A stretch of DNA of 64,000 bases from the human T2T-CHM13v2.0 reference genome, Homo sapiens, in NCBI RefSeq assembly GCF_009914755.1, contig NC_060941.1; one strand, 5' to 3'. Position numbers and translations under genes: made by a program. The notes beneath the pieces were generated by a model. It searched no databases and was not told where the DNA came from. It saw only the letters and a list, made by a program, of their open reading frames with translations. Shown here in pieces: positions 1 to 33,866 of the stretch; position 1 is the first letter of the stretch; every line of letters begins with the position of its first letter.

Positions 1-512
1 GCTGGCCCTGTCTGGCCCTGCCTGGTTTCCATCCACAATGAAGGAGGACAGAGTCTGGAAGGTTGAAGAGGGAGGCACTAGACATTCGTGGGTAGAGAGA
101 CCACTGGGGCTACAGTGTGGAGAATGGGTCACGGTGAGCAGGAGTGGTCAGAGCTGTTGGAGCTTTATGCTGAGATGGGATGAGGTCTGCCCAGATGGGT
201 GGGGAGGGGACAGGAGAGGAGTGGGACCCTCTCTCTGGGGAGGCTGCCCTGTGGCTTCCTGTTTCTCCCTGTTTCCTGCTCATTGGGCCTTTTCTGCCTT
301 CTCCTCAGGAATTCTCCTGGGACTGCCATTCTGGGATGTGCATATTCTTTTATTCCACTCCCTTTTGTAGAGATGGAAGCTCCCCCACTGGTGTGGGGCT
401 GAGAGCAGATTCCCCCCATTGACAGAAACGAAGACACCACAACCCCTCCCTCACGGCACCATTGCTATCCCTTCGGGAACTGTGGCTTGAGATGTCCTGT
501 TGAGTCACTTCA

Positions 513-896
<384 letters not shown>

Positions 897-936
897 TTAT
901 AAGTTGCATTATTCAATTCTGTCTTTGTGAAATTAA

Positions 937-1303
<367 letters not shown>

Positions 1304-1979
1304 TAAGAGATGCTAGAAGTGTGGAATTTTATGTGAAATCTCCCAATTTTCAGAAGTTGGCTTACATTTTTAAAACAGTTTATAGGACAAACAAAACAAG
1401 TTTGCAGACTGGAATTGGCTGCAGGCCACCAAGTTGCAGGTTCTGACAGCTCCACTGTCACTGGGAGGCATCTGGAGCTGATTCCAAGCTGCTACGCCCA
1501 GCATCAGGAAGTGTCAACTGTATGTTCACCCTCCAGCTTTCGGCTGCCACACGCTGTGTGCTCTAGTTACATGCTCTGACCCGCCACAGACCACGGTGGC
1601 TCTCCCCAAGGCCCAGAGTCCATGATGGGAGCTTGACATGGGGTCAGTGAGCTTCAGTAGAAAGGGGGTCTCCCCCAACAGTGCAGCGAGAAGCAACAAG
1701 AGTTGGGGTGGGGACGTGGGGAACAACATGCTCACATGCAGGGCTCTGAGCTCTGTGCGCTCTGCCTAATTGTTCTTCTCTTGGTCATTGGACAGCCCCA
1801 GCCCCTGCAGTTCCTGCTCTCCTCAACAGGGCTGCCCAGTGAGAACCGGACCCTGTCTGCTAGTCTGCTAGAACACTTTACCTTCACAGATGCAGGATTA
1901 AATACCCTGGCATCACACAGTGAGGATGTTATTTTCAAGTGTCTTTCAACCCTTCTGATGACCTCAAGAAGAAAGGCTA

Positions 1980-2128
1980 GGCCAGGTGCGGTGGCTCAAG
2001 CCTGTAATCTCAGCACTTTGGGACACTGAGGTTGGAGGATCGCTTGAGCCCAGGAGTTTGAGACCAGCCTGCACAACATAGTGTGACCCTGTCTGTAAAA
2101 TAAATTAAATAAATAAATAAATAAATAA
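1980..2128 (+). mobile_element. Alu left monomer (FLAM-like) with (TAAA)n tail
   Basis: Single arm ending in taaataaa repeats. Confidence 0.8.
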
Positions 2129-2191
2129 TTTTTTTAAAAGAGAAAGGCTCAGGTTGATGCCAGTACCTCCTCTCCACCGGTGTTGATTGCA

Positions 2192-2476
2192 TTTTTTTTT
2201 TTTTTTTGAGACAGAGTCTTGCATTGTTGCCCTGGCTGGAGTGCAATGGCTCACTGCAACCTCCGCCTCCTGGGTTCAAGTGATTCTCCTACCTCAGCCT
2301 CCCAAATAGATGGGATTACAGGTGCCTGCCACCATGCCTGGCTAATTTTTGTATTTTTAGTAGAGACGGGGTTTCACTATGTTGGCCAGGTTGGTCTTGA
2401 ACTCCCGACCTCATGATCCACCCTCCTCAGCCTCCCAAAGTGCTGGGATTACAGGTGTGAACCACCATGTCTGGCC
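2192..2476 (-). mobile_element. Alu
   Basis: Poly-T then antisense Alu body. Confidence 0.9.
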
Positions 2477-2478
2477 AC

Positions 2479-2651
2479 ATTTTTTTTTTTTAAGAGATGC
2501 GGGTCTGTTTCTGTCACCCAGACTGGACTGCAGTGGCTATTCACAGACATAATCATAGCATGCTACTGTGTGGAACTCCTAAGCTCAAGCGATCCTCCTG
2601 CCCCAGCCTCCCAAGCAGCTGGGACTACAAGTGCACACCACCACGCCTGGG
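2479..2651 (-). mobile_element. FAM (fossil Alu monomer, 7SL-derived)
   Basis: Keeps the 7SL-type gcagtggctattcacag segment that dimeric Alus lack. Confidence 0.75.
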
Positions 2652-4991
2652 TCTGATCTCACTTTTAACACAAAAAGGGCAGGCTTCAGACTCAGAACTT
2701 TGGGTTGACCACATTATCCCATCTGGAATATAATAGCAGTTGAGGGGGAAGCAGGCTCAATTCAATCAGGCCGAGCACCTGCATTCTTTTAATTATGTAC
2801 ATTGCAGAGACAGAGCAGGTGTGTGGATTCTGGAGCAAAACAATGGGAGACTGTAAGTGAGTATTTTAGCTTTTTCTTCCTGATACCTTTATATACACTT
2901 GCAGAGTTACCACAGCAACCTAGCAGTGATTCCCTTCCTCCCCCCACCTTTTTTATGTGGTAAAGTGTACAGAATATAAAAGTTATCATTTAAACCATTT
3001 GGAAATGCACAAATTACTAGCATTAAGTACATTCACGCTGTTATGCAACCATCACCACCATCCATCTCCAGAACCTTTTCATCTCCAAATGAAACTCCCA
3101 TTAAACACTAACTCCCCTTTCCCCAGTCCCCTGAGTCCATGGGGGACACCAAGTCAGCCCTCAGCCCCGCTACGGGTTCCTGCACCTCCTGGAACCTCCG
3201 TCTCCTTGTTGATAAGGGAAGTGGGATCTTGCTACTTGGCAGGCTTGTGGTGATGACCAAATCAATGAAGTGTGTGAAGCACTTAGCACATAAAGTGAAT
3301 GTTCAAAGCCTGATGGCTGCCCTCATCCAGCCAGGATCTGCACCTCCCTTCCAGGATCACTAAGTCCATTCCCAGAAGGGAAGTTGTGCATTGATTGCAG
3401 TGACCCGGTGATGCCTTCTTTCCAGCCCACGTGAGCTCTGGCAACGCATCACGTTCAATGCTCGCAGCATGTGGACGGCCCGTGACAACACTCTAGTTTC
3501 CAGTGTGAATGTAGATTTCCACTTCCCGCCCACATCCCACCTTTAAAATTGTTGGTTGTTATTTCAGTCAGTTTCTAGGCTGGGAGGCAGAGCCGCACTG
3601 AAGAAGTAGACACACCCTTCTCAGTCACCTTCTCATCACCAAGTAGGAACTGAGCATCTACTGTCTTTCTCCCTTGAGCAAATGGCTGGACAATATGCCT
3701 CAGGAATAGGGCTCATCAGAGGGAGGGTGCGGGAGGCCTGGGTTCTGAATCTTACCCATCTCTCCTTCGTTGGGGTATTGAGCAAGCCTTTAGTGTGGAA
3801 GGAAACAGGTCCTGAGGTGTGCAGGAAGTGGCCTGGGATTTTCCATATTTCTGTAACAGCACAACTATCACTGCAGCCAGGTCATTTATGATGGCCGCTG
3901 GGAGGACACTGAGAAGCAGCTGCTACCTGTGGAAAGAACTGTAGGATTTTAGTTGATGAGAACCACTGAGGGATATGGCTGCCAAAATAATAAAATAATC
4001 TTAGGTGACATCACTGGTGGTAGAGTGTGTAGAAACAAGGGAGGTGAAAGCCCACACTGCAGTGTGTTGGTCAGATTCCTTGGGGGACAGGGTCTAGGTC
4101 CGGCACATGCCAGGAAGCCTGGCCAAAGGGAGAGATGGTCACTGACTGCCTACTACGTGGCAGGATCATGCTAGGTGCTTTACATGTGTTCTCTCATTTC
4201 ACATCAGGGAAGTCATGTGAGAAAATATCACCCCCATGTACAGAAGGGAAAACTGGGGGTTACTGCAGTGAAGTAGCCTGCACAGCATCATCCCGCCTGG
4301 AAGTGAAGGAGCTTGGAATTGGGGCCAGGCCTGGCTGACTCCCAAAGTGTGTGCCCTTGTTGGACACTGGGGCTCCCCTAGAAGCTGGCGTTCCACTCTT
4401 TCATACCATGTTGCATTCTTCTCTGGGGATCCCCAGATACAAAAGAGAATGGACTCAGTGTTCCTTCCTGTTCAGCAGAGCAACCCCCACCCCTCATTCC
4501 CTGCCACCCCTCTGGAATCAGCCCTGGATGAGAGTGAGTTGATAGGACTAGGAGCTGAGCTGTGCCATTCTGGGCTTCCCACCCCCCAGGCACAGAAAAC
4601 AGTGATCAAAATGAAACCACTTGGCAGAACCCTCCTCACTCCCTAGGGACAGAGTGCAGTCACTCAGGCCCATGTTCCCTGCAAAGACGTTGAGGTCCGT
4701 GAAAGTAGGTCCATCCCATGAGGGGGCATCTGAGAAGAGAGGTGGGGTGGTGCCGTGGTGAGCAGCACAGACTCCATTGCGGGACTGCCCGGGCTGAGTC
4801 CCCACTCTGGCACTTTGCCGCTGTGTGACTGTGGGCAAGTTGCTTCACCTCTCCGTGCTTTTGTTTCTTTCCAGGTAGAATGGGGATTATTATTTGTGCC
4901 TGCTTCATAAAACTGACATAAAGTTAATTGTAAGACACCTAGAATGATGTCCAGCACATAACCAACTATATTAACTTTAACAAAAAATCTT

Positions 4992-5291
4992 GGCCGGGCA
5001 CGGTGGCTCACACCTGTAATCCCAGCATTTTGGGAGGCCGAGGTGGGTGGATCACCTGAGGTCAGAAGTTCGAGATCAACCTGGCCAATATGGTGAAAGC
5101 TTGTCTGTACTAAAAATACAAAAAAGTAGCCGGGTGTGGTGGTGGGTGCCTGTAATCCCAGCTACTCAGGAGGCTGAGGCAGGAGAATCCTTGAACCCTG
5201 GAGGGGGATCTTGCAGTGAGCTGAGATGGCGCCATTGCACTCCAGCCTGGGCGACAGAGACAGACTCTGTCTCAAAAAAAAAAAAAAAAAA
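4992..5291 (+). mobile_element. Alu (AluS-like)
   Basis: ggccgggcacggtggctcac head to poly-A. Confidence 0.93.
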
Positions 5292-5789
5292 TCTCTGTGC
5301 ACTTCCTCCTTGAAGCCATGTAGCCCAGCTGTATATCCATCTTACCCTTTGGAATATGAGATGCTTAAGGCTGGGACTATGTCCAATTCTCTCTGTACCC
5401 CAGTGCCCAGAGGAGTCCAGCACTTACTTATTGTCTGCGGCAGGCATTGAATTTTCCAAATATTCCTGGTCCCAGGTGCTCTTTCAACCTCTTGCTGCCT
5501 CCTGTCTAGAGGTGAGGTCACTTTCCCCTCCCCTTGAGCCTGGGTGGTGCTCATGTGATTGCCTCAACAAATAGAATGTGGTGGAAATGGCACTGGATGG
5601 CTTCTGAGGCTAGGTTATAAAAGGGATGTAAGTTCCACCTGGCTCTCGCTGGGAATGCTCACCCGTGGACTCCAGCCACCATATTGTGGGGAAGCCCAAG
5701 CCATGTGGAAAAGCCACTTGCAGGTGTTCCAGTCAATGGCCTCAGCTAAGATCTTAGCCAAGAGCCAATATTAAGTGGTAGACCTGTGG

Positions 5790-6712
<923 letters not shown>

Positions 6713-7107
6713 GCAGACTCCCTCAGTCTATAGGGCAGAGAAGAGAGAGCCTCTGAGAAGGGTCTGTGACTTTGAACACTAGAGCTCTGAGCACGAACAT
6801 TCCCGAGGGCTGCTTCTAGTCTCCTGAAGACCAGAGCTAACCACTGGGAATGGATTGTGGTGACTGAAGGGTGCCGAAGTCAGAACTCTCAGTGGCCTGG
6901 CACTGTGCCTCGAAGTGCCTCCCTACTGTGTTGATTAGTCTAAAAACATGTCAGCCTTTGGGTATGACCTTACTGGGGCCCCTCCAGACAGGGCATGGAG
7001 CAGAGGGCCCTCCTTTATGGGCTGGACTCACTAGTGAAGCTGCTTAACTGTGACTCACCTCCAAGGCTCAAGGTGATGCTAAGGTGCTAAACTGCTGGAA
7101 CTCTTAG

Positions 7108-7520
<413 letters not shown>

Positions 7521-7949
7521 TCAGCCTGTTGTTAATGGATGTAAACACCTGTGGGACCACCACCCAGAACCAGATCCAGAACATTTCCAGCCTCTCGAAG
7601 ACTCCTTCGTGCCCCTCCCAGTCAGTGACTCCCAAGGGTAACGCCACTCTAGCCTGTTGTTCAACTTGACTCGAATGGAATTCTCACAGCATGTGTCTGT
7701 TTGGATCTGGCTTCTTCCGCTCAGTTGCAAGGCTCATTGACGTTTCCTGTGGCCTAGCTCCTTTTTATTGCTGAGGGCCACTCTGTAGTGTGAAAACCAC
7801 AATTCATTTCTCCCTTCTTCTGTTGGTGACTATTTGCATTGTTACCAGCCTGGGGCTATGACGAGTAAAGCTTTTAAAAACAGACAAATATGTTTTCCTT
7901 TCTCTTGGGTAATTTTTCAGAAGTAGAAAAGCCAGCAACTTTGAAGTAG

Positions 7950-8338
<389 letters not shown>

Positions 8339-9540
8339 TGAATGATAGTTCCAGTTGTTCCATATCCCAATCAATTGGTGATTGCTACAAATGACGTGAC
8401 GTGATGAAAATATTCCTGGTATTCGAGAGGATTGCAAAGAATTTCCCTTCTTTTCTCTCCTTTCTGCTCCCCTTGTACTGTCTACTCCTTAACTTGGTCA
8501 AATTCTACTTGATCCAGAACATAATGGGATGGTGAGTGCAGACGACACACACGGCCTCAGTCTATGGGAACATCTCAAAGGAGTTCGTCTGCAAATTCTA
8601 GTGCATCTAGGCAGAACACAGGAAGGAAGAGAGGTGCAGACTTACGTATGGCCCTGGGGCACCTGCCATCCCCTCGAGCCTGTATGGTCCTTACCCGCCC
8701 ATCCCCAGCTTGAGTTCTGGGCCTTCTCGCCAGCACATCGTTGGGACCTGGTCAACTTCAGGTAAGTTTATTTCATGGCTCCCTCTCCCCTCTGCAGCCT
8801 ATCCTGTTATTCTCTGTTTCAGCCAATTATTTCCCCTAACTAGGTGCTGAAGCCAATTAAAGGCAGTTCATGCCATATGTTCCTTCCCACTCCCATGTCA
8901 CTTGAAATGTTCTATTATGTCCAATACTTCTCTCCCCATCCTAAAGCTCACAAAATAAGGATGGAGAAGAGAAGAAAGAGAGATTCACTGAGGGGGAGGA
9001 TCAGAAGCTCCTGGGCACCCCATACTCTAGAATAAAAATCTTCATTATAGTGTTTTTCATGCAAAATATTCCCTTCTACATAATTATGTTTTAACATGAA
9101 GAATAGAAATTTAAAGAGGAGAAATACTTCTTGAAGATTCTGAGAATCTTCATATAGCTCAGGCTGCCACGAATTAGCTGTGTGACCTGGGGCATGTCCC
9201 TCAGACTCTGAGCCTCAGCTTCTCTATATGTAAAATGAGTTGAAGCCACCCTTCCCCACAAGCACCCTGTGCACAGGCAATACCCAGCCCCATTATTTTC
9301 TGGAACCAGTGGCCAAGCATGCTTAGGACACACAGCCACATACTTCTGGGCAGTGTCATCTGGCAACTCACTGTCATGTCAGTGTGGTCAAGCATTGTAG
9401 ACCTCTATGAACCAAATATGCTTCAGGCTTGGGTTGAGCACAGGAGAGGGAGGAGGGAAAGGTCACTGGGGCTGGGAGTGCCTACTTCCCTCTATGAGTG
9501 TCACCCCAGTTCACCCAACACCCTACCTTTCTCTCTCTGG

Positions 9541-9684
9541 ACCCACTTCCTCTTGCTGCCGGCTCCTCCCCATTGAATAACAGCCAAGTTGCTTTGGTTT
9601 CTATTACTTTGTTAAGTCATTCCTTCTGCAAAGGACTGCCTGGCAGGTGTCAAAGGCAGTGGTGGCCACAGAGGCGGTGGAGAG
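9541..9684 (+). promoter_or_regulatory. LGALS9C proximal promoter/5'UTR with PU.1/ETS box and degenerate ISRE
   Basis: ACTTCCTC (= GAGGAAGT on - strand) at 9545-9552; ctttggtttctattac IRF-like motif at ~9592-9607; immediately upstream of the ATG. Confidence 0.55.
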
Positions 9685-27197
<17,513 letters not shown>

Positions 27198-27741
27198 GCG
27201 GCTCCCTGGCCCTGGGGCCGGGGGCTGGGGTGTGGGGCAGTCTGGGTCCTCTCATCATCCCCACTTCCCAGGCCCAGCCTTTCCAACCGTGCCTGGGATC
27301 TGGGCTTTAATGCAGAGGCCATGTCCTTATCTGGTCCTGCTTCTGGCTACAGCCACCCTGGAATCGAGAAGGCAGCTGACTGGGATTGCCTTCCTCAGCC
27401 GCAGCAGCACCTGGGGCGCCAGCTGCTGGAATCCTACAATCCCAGAAGGCGGGCACAGCCAGGGAGAGGGGAGGAGTGGGCAGTGAAGATGAAGCCCCAT
27501 GCTCAGTCCCCTCCCATCCCCCACGCAGCTCCACCCCAGTCTCAAGCCACCAGCTGTCTGCTCCTGGTGGGAGATGGCCTCCTCAGCCCCTCCTCTCTGA
27601 CCTTTAACCTCACTCTCACCTTGCACCCTGCACCAACCCTTCACCCCTCCTGGAAAGCAGGCCTGATGGCTTCCCACTGGCCTCCACCAACTGACCAGAG
27701 TGTTCTCTTCAGGGGACTGGCTCCTTTCCCAGTGTCCTTAA

Positions 27742-27747
27742 AATAAA
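27742..27747 (+). terminator. LGALS9C polyadenylation signal AATAAA
   Basis: AATAAA about 545 nt after the stop, followed by a GT/T-rich downstream element (tgtgggttgactgtggcttcttt). Confidence 0.8.
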
Positions 27748-27931
27748 GAAATGAAAATGCTTGTTGGCACATTCATGTGGGTTGACTGTGGCTTCTTTAA
27801 TTCATTTGGAGACATTTTGGAATCTGTGGAATCAGGCGGAGGGGCTGCTGAGAGGAGTGGGATGGGAGAGCATGGACTCCCTTTGGGCAGGGGGTCCTGA
27901 CCTCACAACTCCTAATTAAAAAAGGATTAAT

Positions 27932-28421
<490 letters not shown>

Positions 28422-30396
28422 GGAAGCCAATGCATGGGCTCCTCTGGTGGCCACAGGGTCTAGAATTATCAGGTCTCAGGGATGACTTCACCAGGGCAGT
28501 GTGGAAGGGAAATGTGGGGTTGAAGCCCCCACACAGAGCCCCCTCTGGGCCAGTGTCTAGGGGAGCTATGAGAAGAGAGCCACCGTCCCATGAGGGTGTT
28601 GGAGAAAGCAGGCTGGGGCTCTAGTCTTTTGGGCAGGAGTCTCGGACACAGGAAAGGTGGTAATGGGGGACCCCAGGAAACAGCCCCATGCCTCTGAGAT
28701 GGGAGGCGGGCTGGGGCAGAGCCTGTGAGGGCCACAGCAGGGCCAGAGCTGGCTCCTCGGACCTGGCATCCCAGTGGGAGGAGGTGGCTTGGGGAAGGGG
28801 TGTCAGGAGAGGCCGACCCGAAGCACCGTATGGGTGTGTGTTCCATTGTGGGTCTCCCTGGCAATAGGGTTAGGACTCGCATGAGAAAAGTGGCTCAGTG
28901 TCCATGTGTGGGGTTCTGCCAGCCACTGAGCCACCGCCAGACAGCCCAGCTCCGCGTCAACGTGATGCCAATACATCCTGCTTGGCCCAGCAAGAATACA
29001 GTTCCTCAGGCCCCCGTGTAGTCCTCAGAGTGGTGGCAGCAGCAGCGACTGAGAGCTTGTTGGAAACGCAGCATCCCGCACCCCACCCCACCTGCGAGAT
29101 CAGAGTCTCTGTCTTCACGGGACCCCAGATGAGGCCCGCACATGAAAGCGGGGAAGCCCTGGTCCGGAGCGGACTCCTGGCCGTGTTGCTGAGATGCACG
29201 GCTGCCACGCAGGGCAGGGCACGTCTGGAGCCTGAAGTTGGCACTGCACCTTCTCCTGCCACCTGAGACGCTGCTGCTGGAAGGAGGAGGGGAGGGGGAG
29301 GGTCCTGGGCCTGGCCCAGGAGGCACAGGCCAAACCCCAGCTGGGAACCACGTGTTGCCAGGACCCCAGAGGCCGCCACTGAGCTCCTTCCTTGGTTCTG
29401 ACCAGGAGAAGGAAATGGACCTAGTCTCTTAAAAAGCCTTCCTTGGCCGTCTCCAAACCCAGGAGGGTCTTCAGTCCCTTGGGCGAGGATGCTGTGGCCC
29501 ACACTCGCTTTGACACCCTGCGTTCCCAGAGGCCACATCTGTACTGGCCAAACTCACGTGAGACAGGTGGCCCCAGAGCAAAACCTTTCTAAGACAGTGT
29601 CCAAGAAGAAGCTCAAGACCTTCCCTGAAGCTCTGGCCTCATATGAGAATCCCACTCTTGCCAGACCCCACGTCAGATCCTTTGTGTGGGAGGCAGGCCT
29701 GTGCCGTCCACCCTACCGCAGGTCTTTGGACCAGCACGAAGCTCCATCTGCTGCTGTCACACCTGGCAGCCATTTCAGAGGAGCCGTGGCCTGCCTGGGG
29801 TGTCCCTCTGTGGGGCATCTGTCCAGGCTGCGACACCCACCAGCTCCCCACTCTATAACTGAGGGCCACATTCCCTACAAAACATCCCCCACCAGCCCAC
29901 CCAACAAACACACATACAGTGTGATTAAAGTAAAATTCAATGCATGTAAATATCTCCATCAGGGAATCATACAGAGAAGACCCAAGGGGCCATTAGGAAC
30001 AGACTAGGGTGTTCGTTTTTTAAACAGAGGCATAAATAATTTTACCCATGGCAGTTAAATACACAGTGGTGTGACGGCACTTCCTGGTGGTCACTTGAAG
30101 TGGTGCACTCAGCAGCGGGTTCCATCTTTCACCCACTTGCCAGGCCTGGCATTGAAGATTTCGTCTCCAAGGGACCAGGGTGGCCCCAGCTTGAGAGAGG
30201 AGGCTCCGATCAATCCAGGGTGCTACTTGGTAGGAGGTCAAGTAAAGGGCTTGATGGGGAACGAGGTGAGAAATAAGAAGTGAGGCTGGGGGATATCACT
30301 TTCCTCCATCTCCCCAGGCCCTGTGACCTCGGATAATGCAGAGCTGGCTCCATCGTTAAGTTCTGTGCTGGCAGCTTTAACCCCTCCTGTGGGCCC

Positions 30397-30504
30397 TCAG
30401 AGCGCTGACATCTCCAGGCTGCTGGGCTGCACCGCCGCCCTGTCCTTCTTTGCCTCGTAGGGAAATACAGCACCAAAGATATCGTCATGGAAGTGCTTCT
30501 GGCT
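30397..30504 (-). pseudogene. NOS2P terminal exon coding part ([35 protein letters not shown])
   Basis: cctaaaag| acceptor; matches the NOS2 C-terminus; followed by an AU-rich 3'UTR. Confidence 0.93.
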
Positions 30505-32025
30505 CTTTTAGGTAAAAACAGAGACCAATGTGTCAAGTCCAGGCTGGAATGAGCCCCTGGGGTTGCCCAGCTTCCCTATCACATGGACCTTCATGAGCCA
30601 TCTGTCTTCCCAACTGTTATACTTTGATTGCGCTTGAATCTGGTTTAGACCCTAAACCCGCTCAGCACCTGCTCTGGAGCAGGCCCTCTAACCATTTCCA
30701 AAGCTTTACTTGGCATTCCCATTTCCTGCCCTGTGCTCATCCCCCACCCAAGATGCTCCAGGAAGTGTGAGCTTTCAGATTAACACATTTGGGAAATGCT
30801 ACATCCTTTCTTTCCTCCCAGCCTTGAAGGGTCCCGATGCACAGCAGCACGTTGAAGGCCCCCAGAAGTCTTGTAGTAAAGCAACGTGCTTGCCTTGGCT
30901 TAACTAAGCATGTCCTAGGCTATTCGACCTTGTAACCTTTTGGATGCCAAACATCTACCGACTCATTTAACACATTTGGGGAAATGCCTGTTATCTCCTC
31001 ACTGTTCTTCAAACACGCCAGCTTAACTCCCACCCCCGGGCCTTTGTATCTGCTGCCCTCTCCAGAACAGCCCAGAGTGTTTCCTTCAGTATCCACGGGG
31101 CTCCTCCTCACCATCTCAGGTTTATTCTCAGACGCCGCCTTCCAGCTCCGCCTTCCCTGGCCACCCTATTTAAAATTACACTCCCCAGCGTCCCCTGGGC
31201 TATTTCCTGCTGTTTTTCTCCGAAGCACTACACCTCTTCCTTGTTTGGGTTTGTCAGCCCCAGTGGAATGTAAATAATTTTTGCCTGATTCATTTACTGC
31301 TCTATCCCTAGCACACAGTAGGTGCTCAATAAATATTCAGTTGAATGTATGAATGTGTCTTAGGGAGAGTATGGAAGTCACAATCACAGGCTTTGGAATC
31401 AGAGAGACGCAGACTGAACTCTAGGCTCTCACTGCTGTAGACCCCATAGGCCCCCTTCCCTCTGTAAAACAGGGTGCTTCCCTCATAAAGTCCTCGGCAG
31501 GACTGAAAGAAATGTCACATGAGAATCCTTGGCAAGCACTTGGCCCAGTGTAAGCCCTTGATAAATATCACTATTATCTTCATCAATAAAATGCAAGCCC
31601 TTCCTGCTGGGAGGATGAGGGTGAGCAGACGCCAGCCTGTGTGTAAATAAGAAGTGTGAGGTTCACACGAGGCTGACGGGGGGCAGCCTTGCTCTCCCCT
31701 GTGTTCACAGCCTTGCTTTGGCCACACAGATACTTTCTGAAAGGGGGGTTTGGGGAGAGGGCAAGTAGACTCTCTTGCTCCCATTCCACAGATGGAAAAA
31801 TGGAACACATTCACCTGACTTCTCAAAGCTGCCAACCAGTCCAGGATGTGCAGTGGGGCCTTCTGACAGCCCACCCAGCTCGGATCCCAGCCACTGCTAA
31901 GATTCCCTTGGGGTCCAGAACTTTTCTGGGCCTGACTCCCCTGGGTCTACCTGCCACCCCTGGTCCTGGCTCCAATAGCCTGTGCCCTTGGCCAGGACCC
32001 TCAGCCCATACACCCACTATTACAC

Positions 32026-32218
32026 CTTGAGCTGAAAGAAATAGTCCTCGACCTGCTCCTCATTCAAGTTCAGCTAGGCAGCCACCAGCTGCTAGGGTGT
32101 GGGCCACATCCCAGGCCATGCACACAGCCCTGCAAACATAGAGGTGGCCCGGCTCCTTGTGGAGCACACGGAGCACCTCGCTGGCCAGCTGCTGCTGCAG
32201 GATGTCCTGAACACAGAC
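32026..32218 (-). pseudogene. NOS2P exon ([41 protein letters not shown]), 193 nt, 2-nt deletion and stop
   Basis: ggttttag| acceptor and |gtgtaa donor; frame breaks at accctagcagctg; TAG in gcctag. Confidence 0.9.
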
Positions 32219-33145
32219 CTAAAACCAGAGGAAACGGTGGGTCCAGTTCCCGGCCACTGGAGACAAGGATTGCAGGCAGGACTGCTGGCCTCAGGGAGGT
32301 GGGGAGAGGGCACTAAGGGCTGTGGAGTGAGTCCCCTCCCAGCCACGACCTTGCACAGGTCCAGGCTCAGGATGAGGAGGAGCACAGATGCTCTGGGGGC
32401 TGGGCTGGGAGTAGAGAGATAAATGCTGGACACAGGCCTGCCCTCAAGGGGCAGACTGTCCAGTGGGGCTCCCAGACTGTCTCTGAATTTGCCATGCTTC
32501 AAAGAGGCATCAATGAAGGCAGTCCCCCTGCCCAGGGCTCTGCCTACACCCCTGAAAAGTACCCTCTCAATGCAGACTGTCCATCGGGTCCCTGCAGGGT
32601 ACGGATCCCGGGCTTCCCAGTTAGAAGGTCCAGGAGTCAGTCGGGGACTCTCTGCTCCTGCTCCACACAGGATGCCCAGTGGCCCCAGCACTGGGCATAG
32701 AGCACTGGGCCCGAGAGGTGCCCTGATGGCAACAAATGTGTGAGAGCCGAGAGTCTATTCTGACACCTCAGGCTCAGAGGGCAACGCGGCCCTGGGGGCA
32801 GGTGAGCCCGTCTGAGGGCCATGGTGGGTTTGAACGTAGCCGGCCTGGACCACCTCTCCCAGGGGAGTCGCCTGTCCCGGGGGCCTGCTGACGACCTTCA
32901 GCAGGCTGGGCTCTGGGCTCAACCCGCCTGTGACCTAGGTTAGTCCTGAACCTCTCCGGTCCTGTCACTTCTCTTGGAAGAGAGGGCGTAACAGTCTTCA
33001 CAGCCCCACTCTGATGGTTGTGAATTACCTGCATTTTAGAGCTCAGGAGCTGCAGGCTCAGGGAGGCGAGGGGCCTGTGGGGACCCCGGGCTCACACTGG
33101 AGCCTGCGTTGTGTACTGCTTCACCTGCTTTGAGGCTGCATTTAC

Positions 33146-33294
33146 CTTGGGCTTGCCAGGCAGGCAGGAATAGGCTGTGGGCACCGCAGGCAGCACCCCC
33201 TTCCGAGCCATCTCCAGCATCTCCTCCTGGTAGATGTGGTCCTCATTTGGGCTGCGGCACTCGAACACCGGGGTCATGCGGCCTCCCTGCACTC
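33146..33294 (-). pseudogene. NOS2P exon ([49 protein letters not shown]), 149 nt
   Basis: ctgcag| acceptor and |gtaaat donor; ORF 33092..33292. Confidence 0.93.
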
Positions 33295-33744
33295 CTGCAG
33301 GAGTCCCGGGCTGTTGTTACCATGTTGGCCAGCAGGGCGCTATGGCTCAAAGCCGAACTGGAATTCTCACTTCACTCCCACAAGTATCCTAGCTAGTTAA
33401 TAGCATTATCCCCACTTTACAGATGAAGAAACTGAGGCCCAGGGCATTCCAATCACTCATACATAGTCACACAACTGAAAGTGCAGATGCAGGATTCCCT
33501 CAGCCCATCGGAGGTCAAAAGCAGGGACTTTCCCGTTACCTCCACTCCCGAGAGAGGGAGCCCCGGTTCCAATGCCGGAGACAGGAAGGCGGCCGTTCTC
33601 ACCCACATAGGCCCCACACAGGGAGACAAACTTGGGAGGCCTTCCCTCCAGAGAGGTCCAGGAACCGTTTGTGGGGCTACGGTTCTGCTCCTAGGCAGGC
33701 GCTGGCCTCTGGTACCCTCCCACCTGGGAAGCCTCCAGCCACAC

Positions 33745-33866
33745 CCTTTTGCTGGGAGTCATGGAGCCGCTGCTGCCAGAAACTGAGGAAGGGAGCGATG
33801 CCTGTGCCAGGCCCGATGAGGACACGAGGATGGGAGGGGTCCTCGGGGAGCCGGAAGCCGCTGGCG
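33745..33866 (-). pseudogene. NOS2P exon ([40 protein letters not shown]), 122 nt
   Basis: ctcttcag| acceptor and |gtgtgg donor; [14 protein letters not shown]-binding motif. Confidence 0.93.

Noticed and set aside
2479-2651. 7SL RNA gene or pseudogene
   Set aside because: Lacks the S domain; length and sequence fit a fossil Alu monomer.
3369-3844. GAS (TTCCCAGAA, 3369) and ETS/kB-like (3822-3844) motifs as an upstream enhancer
   Set aside because: Short motifs expected by chance in 64 kb; nothing else in the sequence supports them.
28492-28590. Short MaLR (THE1/MST) internal-like fragment as a functional element
   Set aside because: About 95 bp isolated relic with no LTRs or other support.
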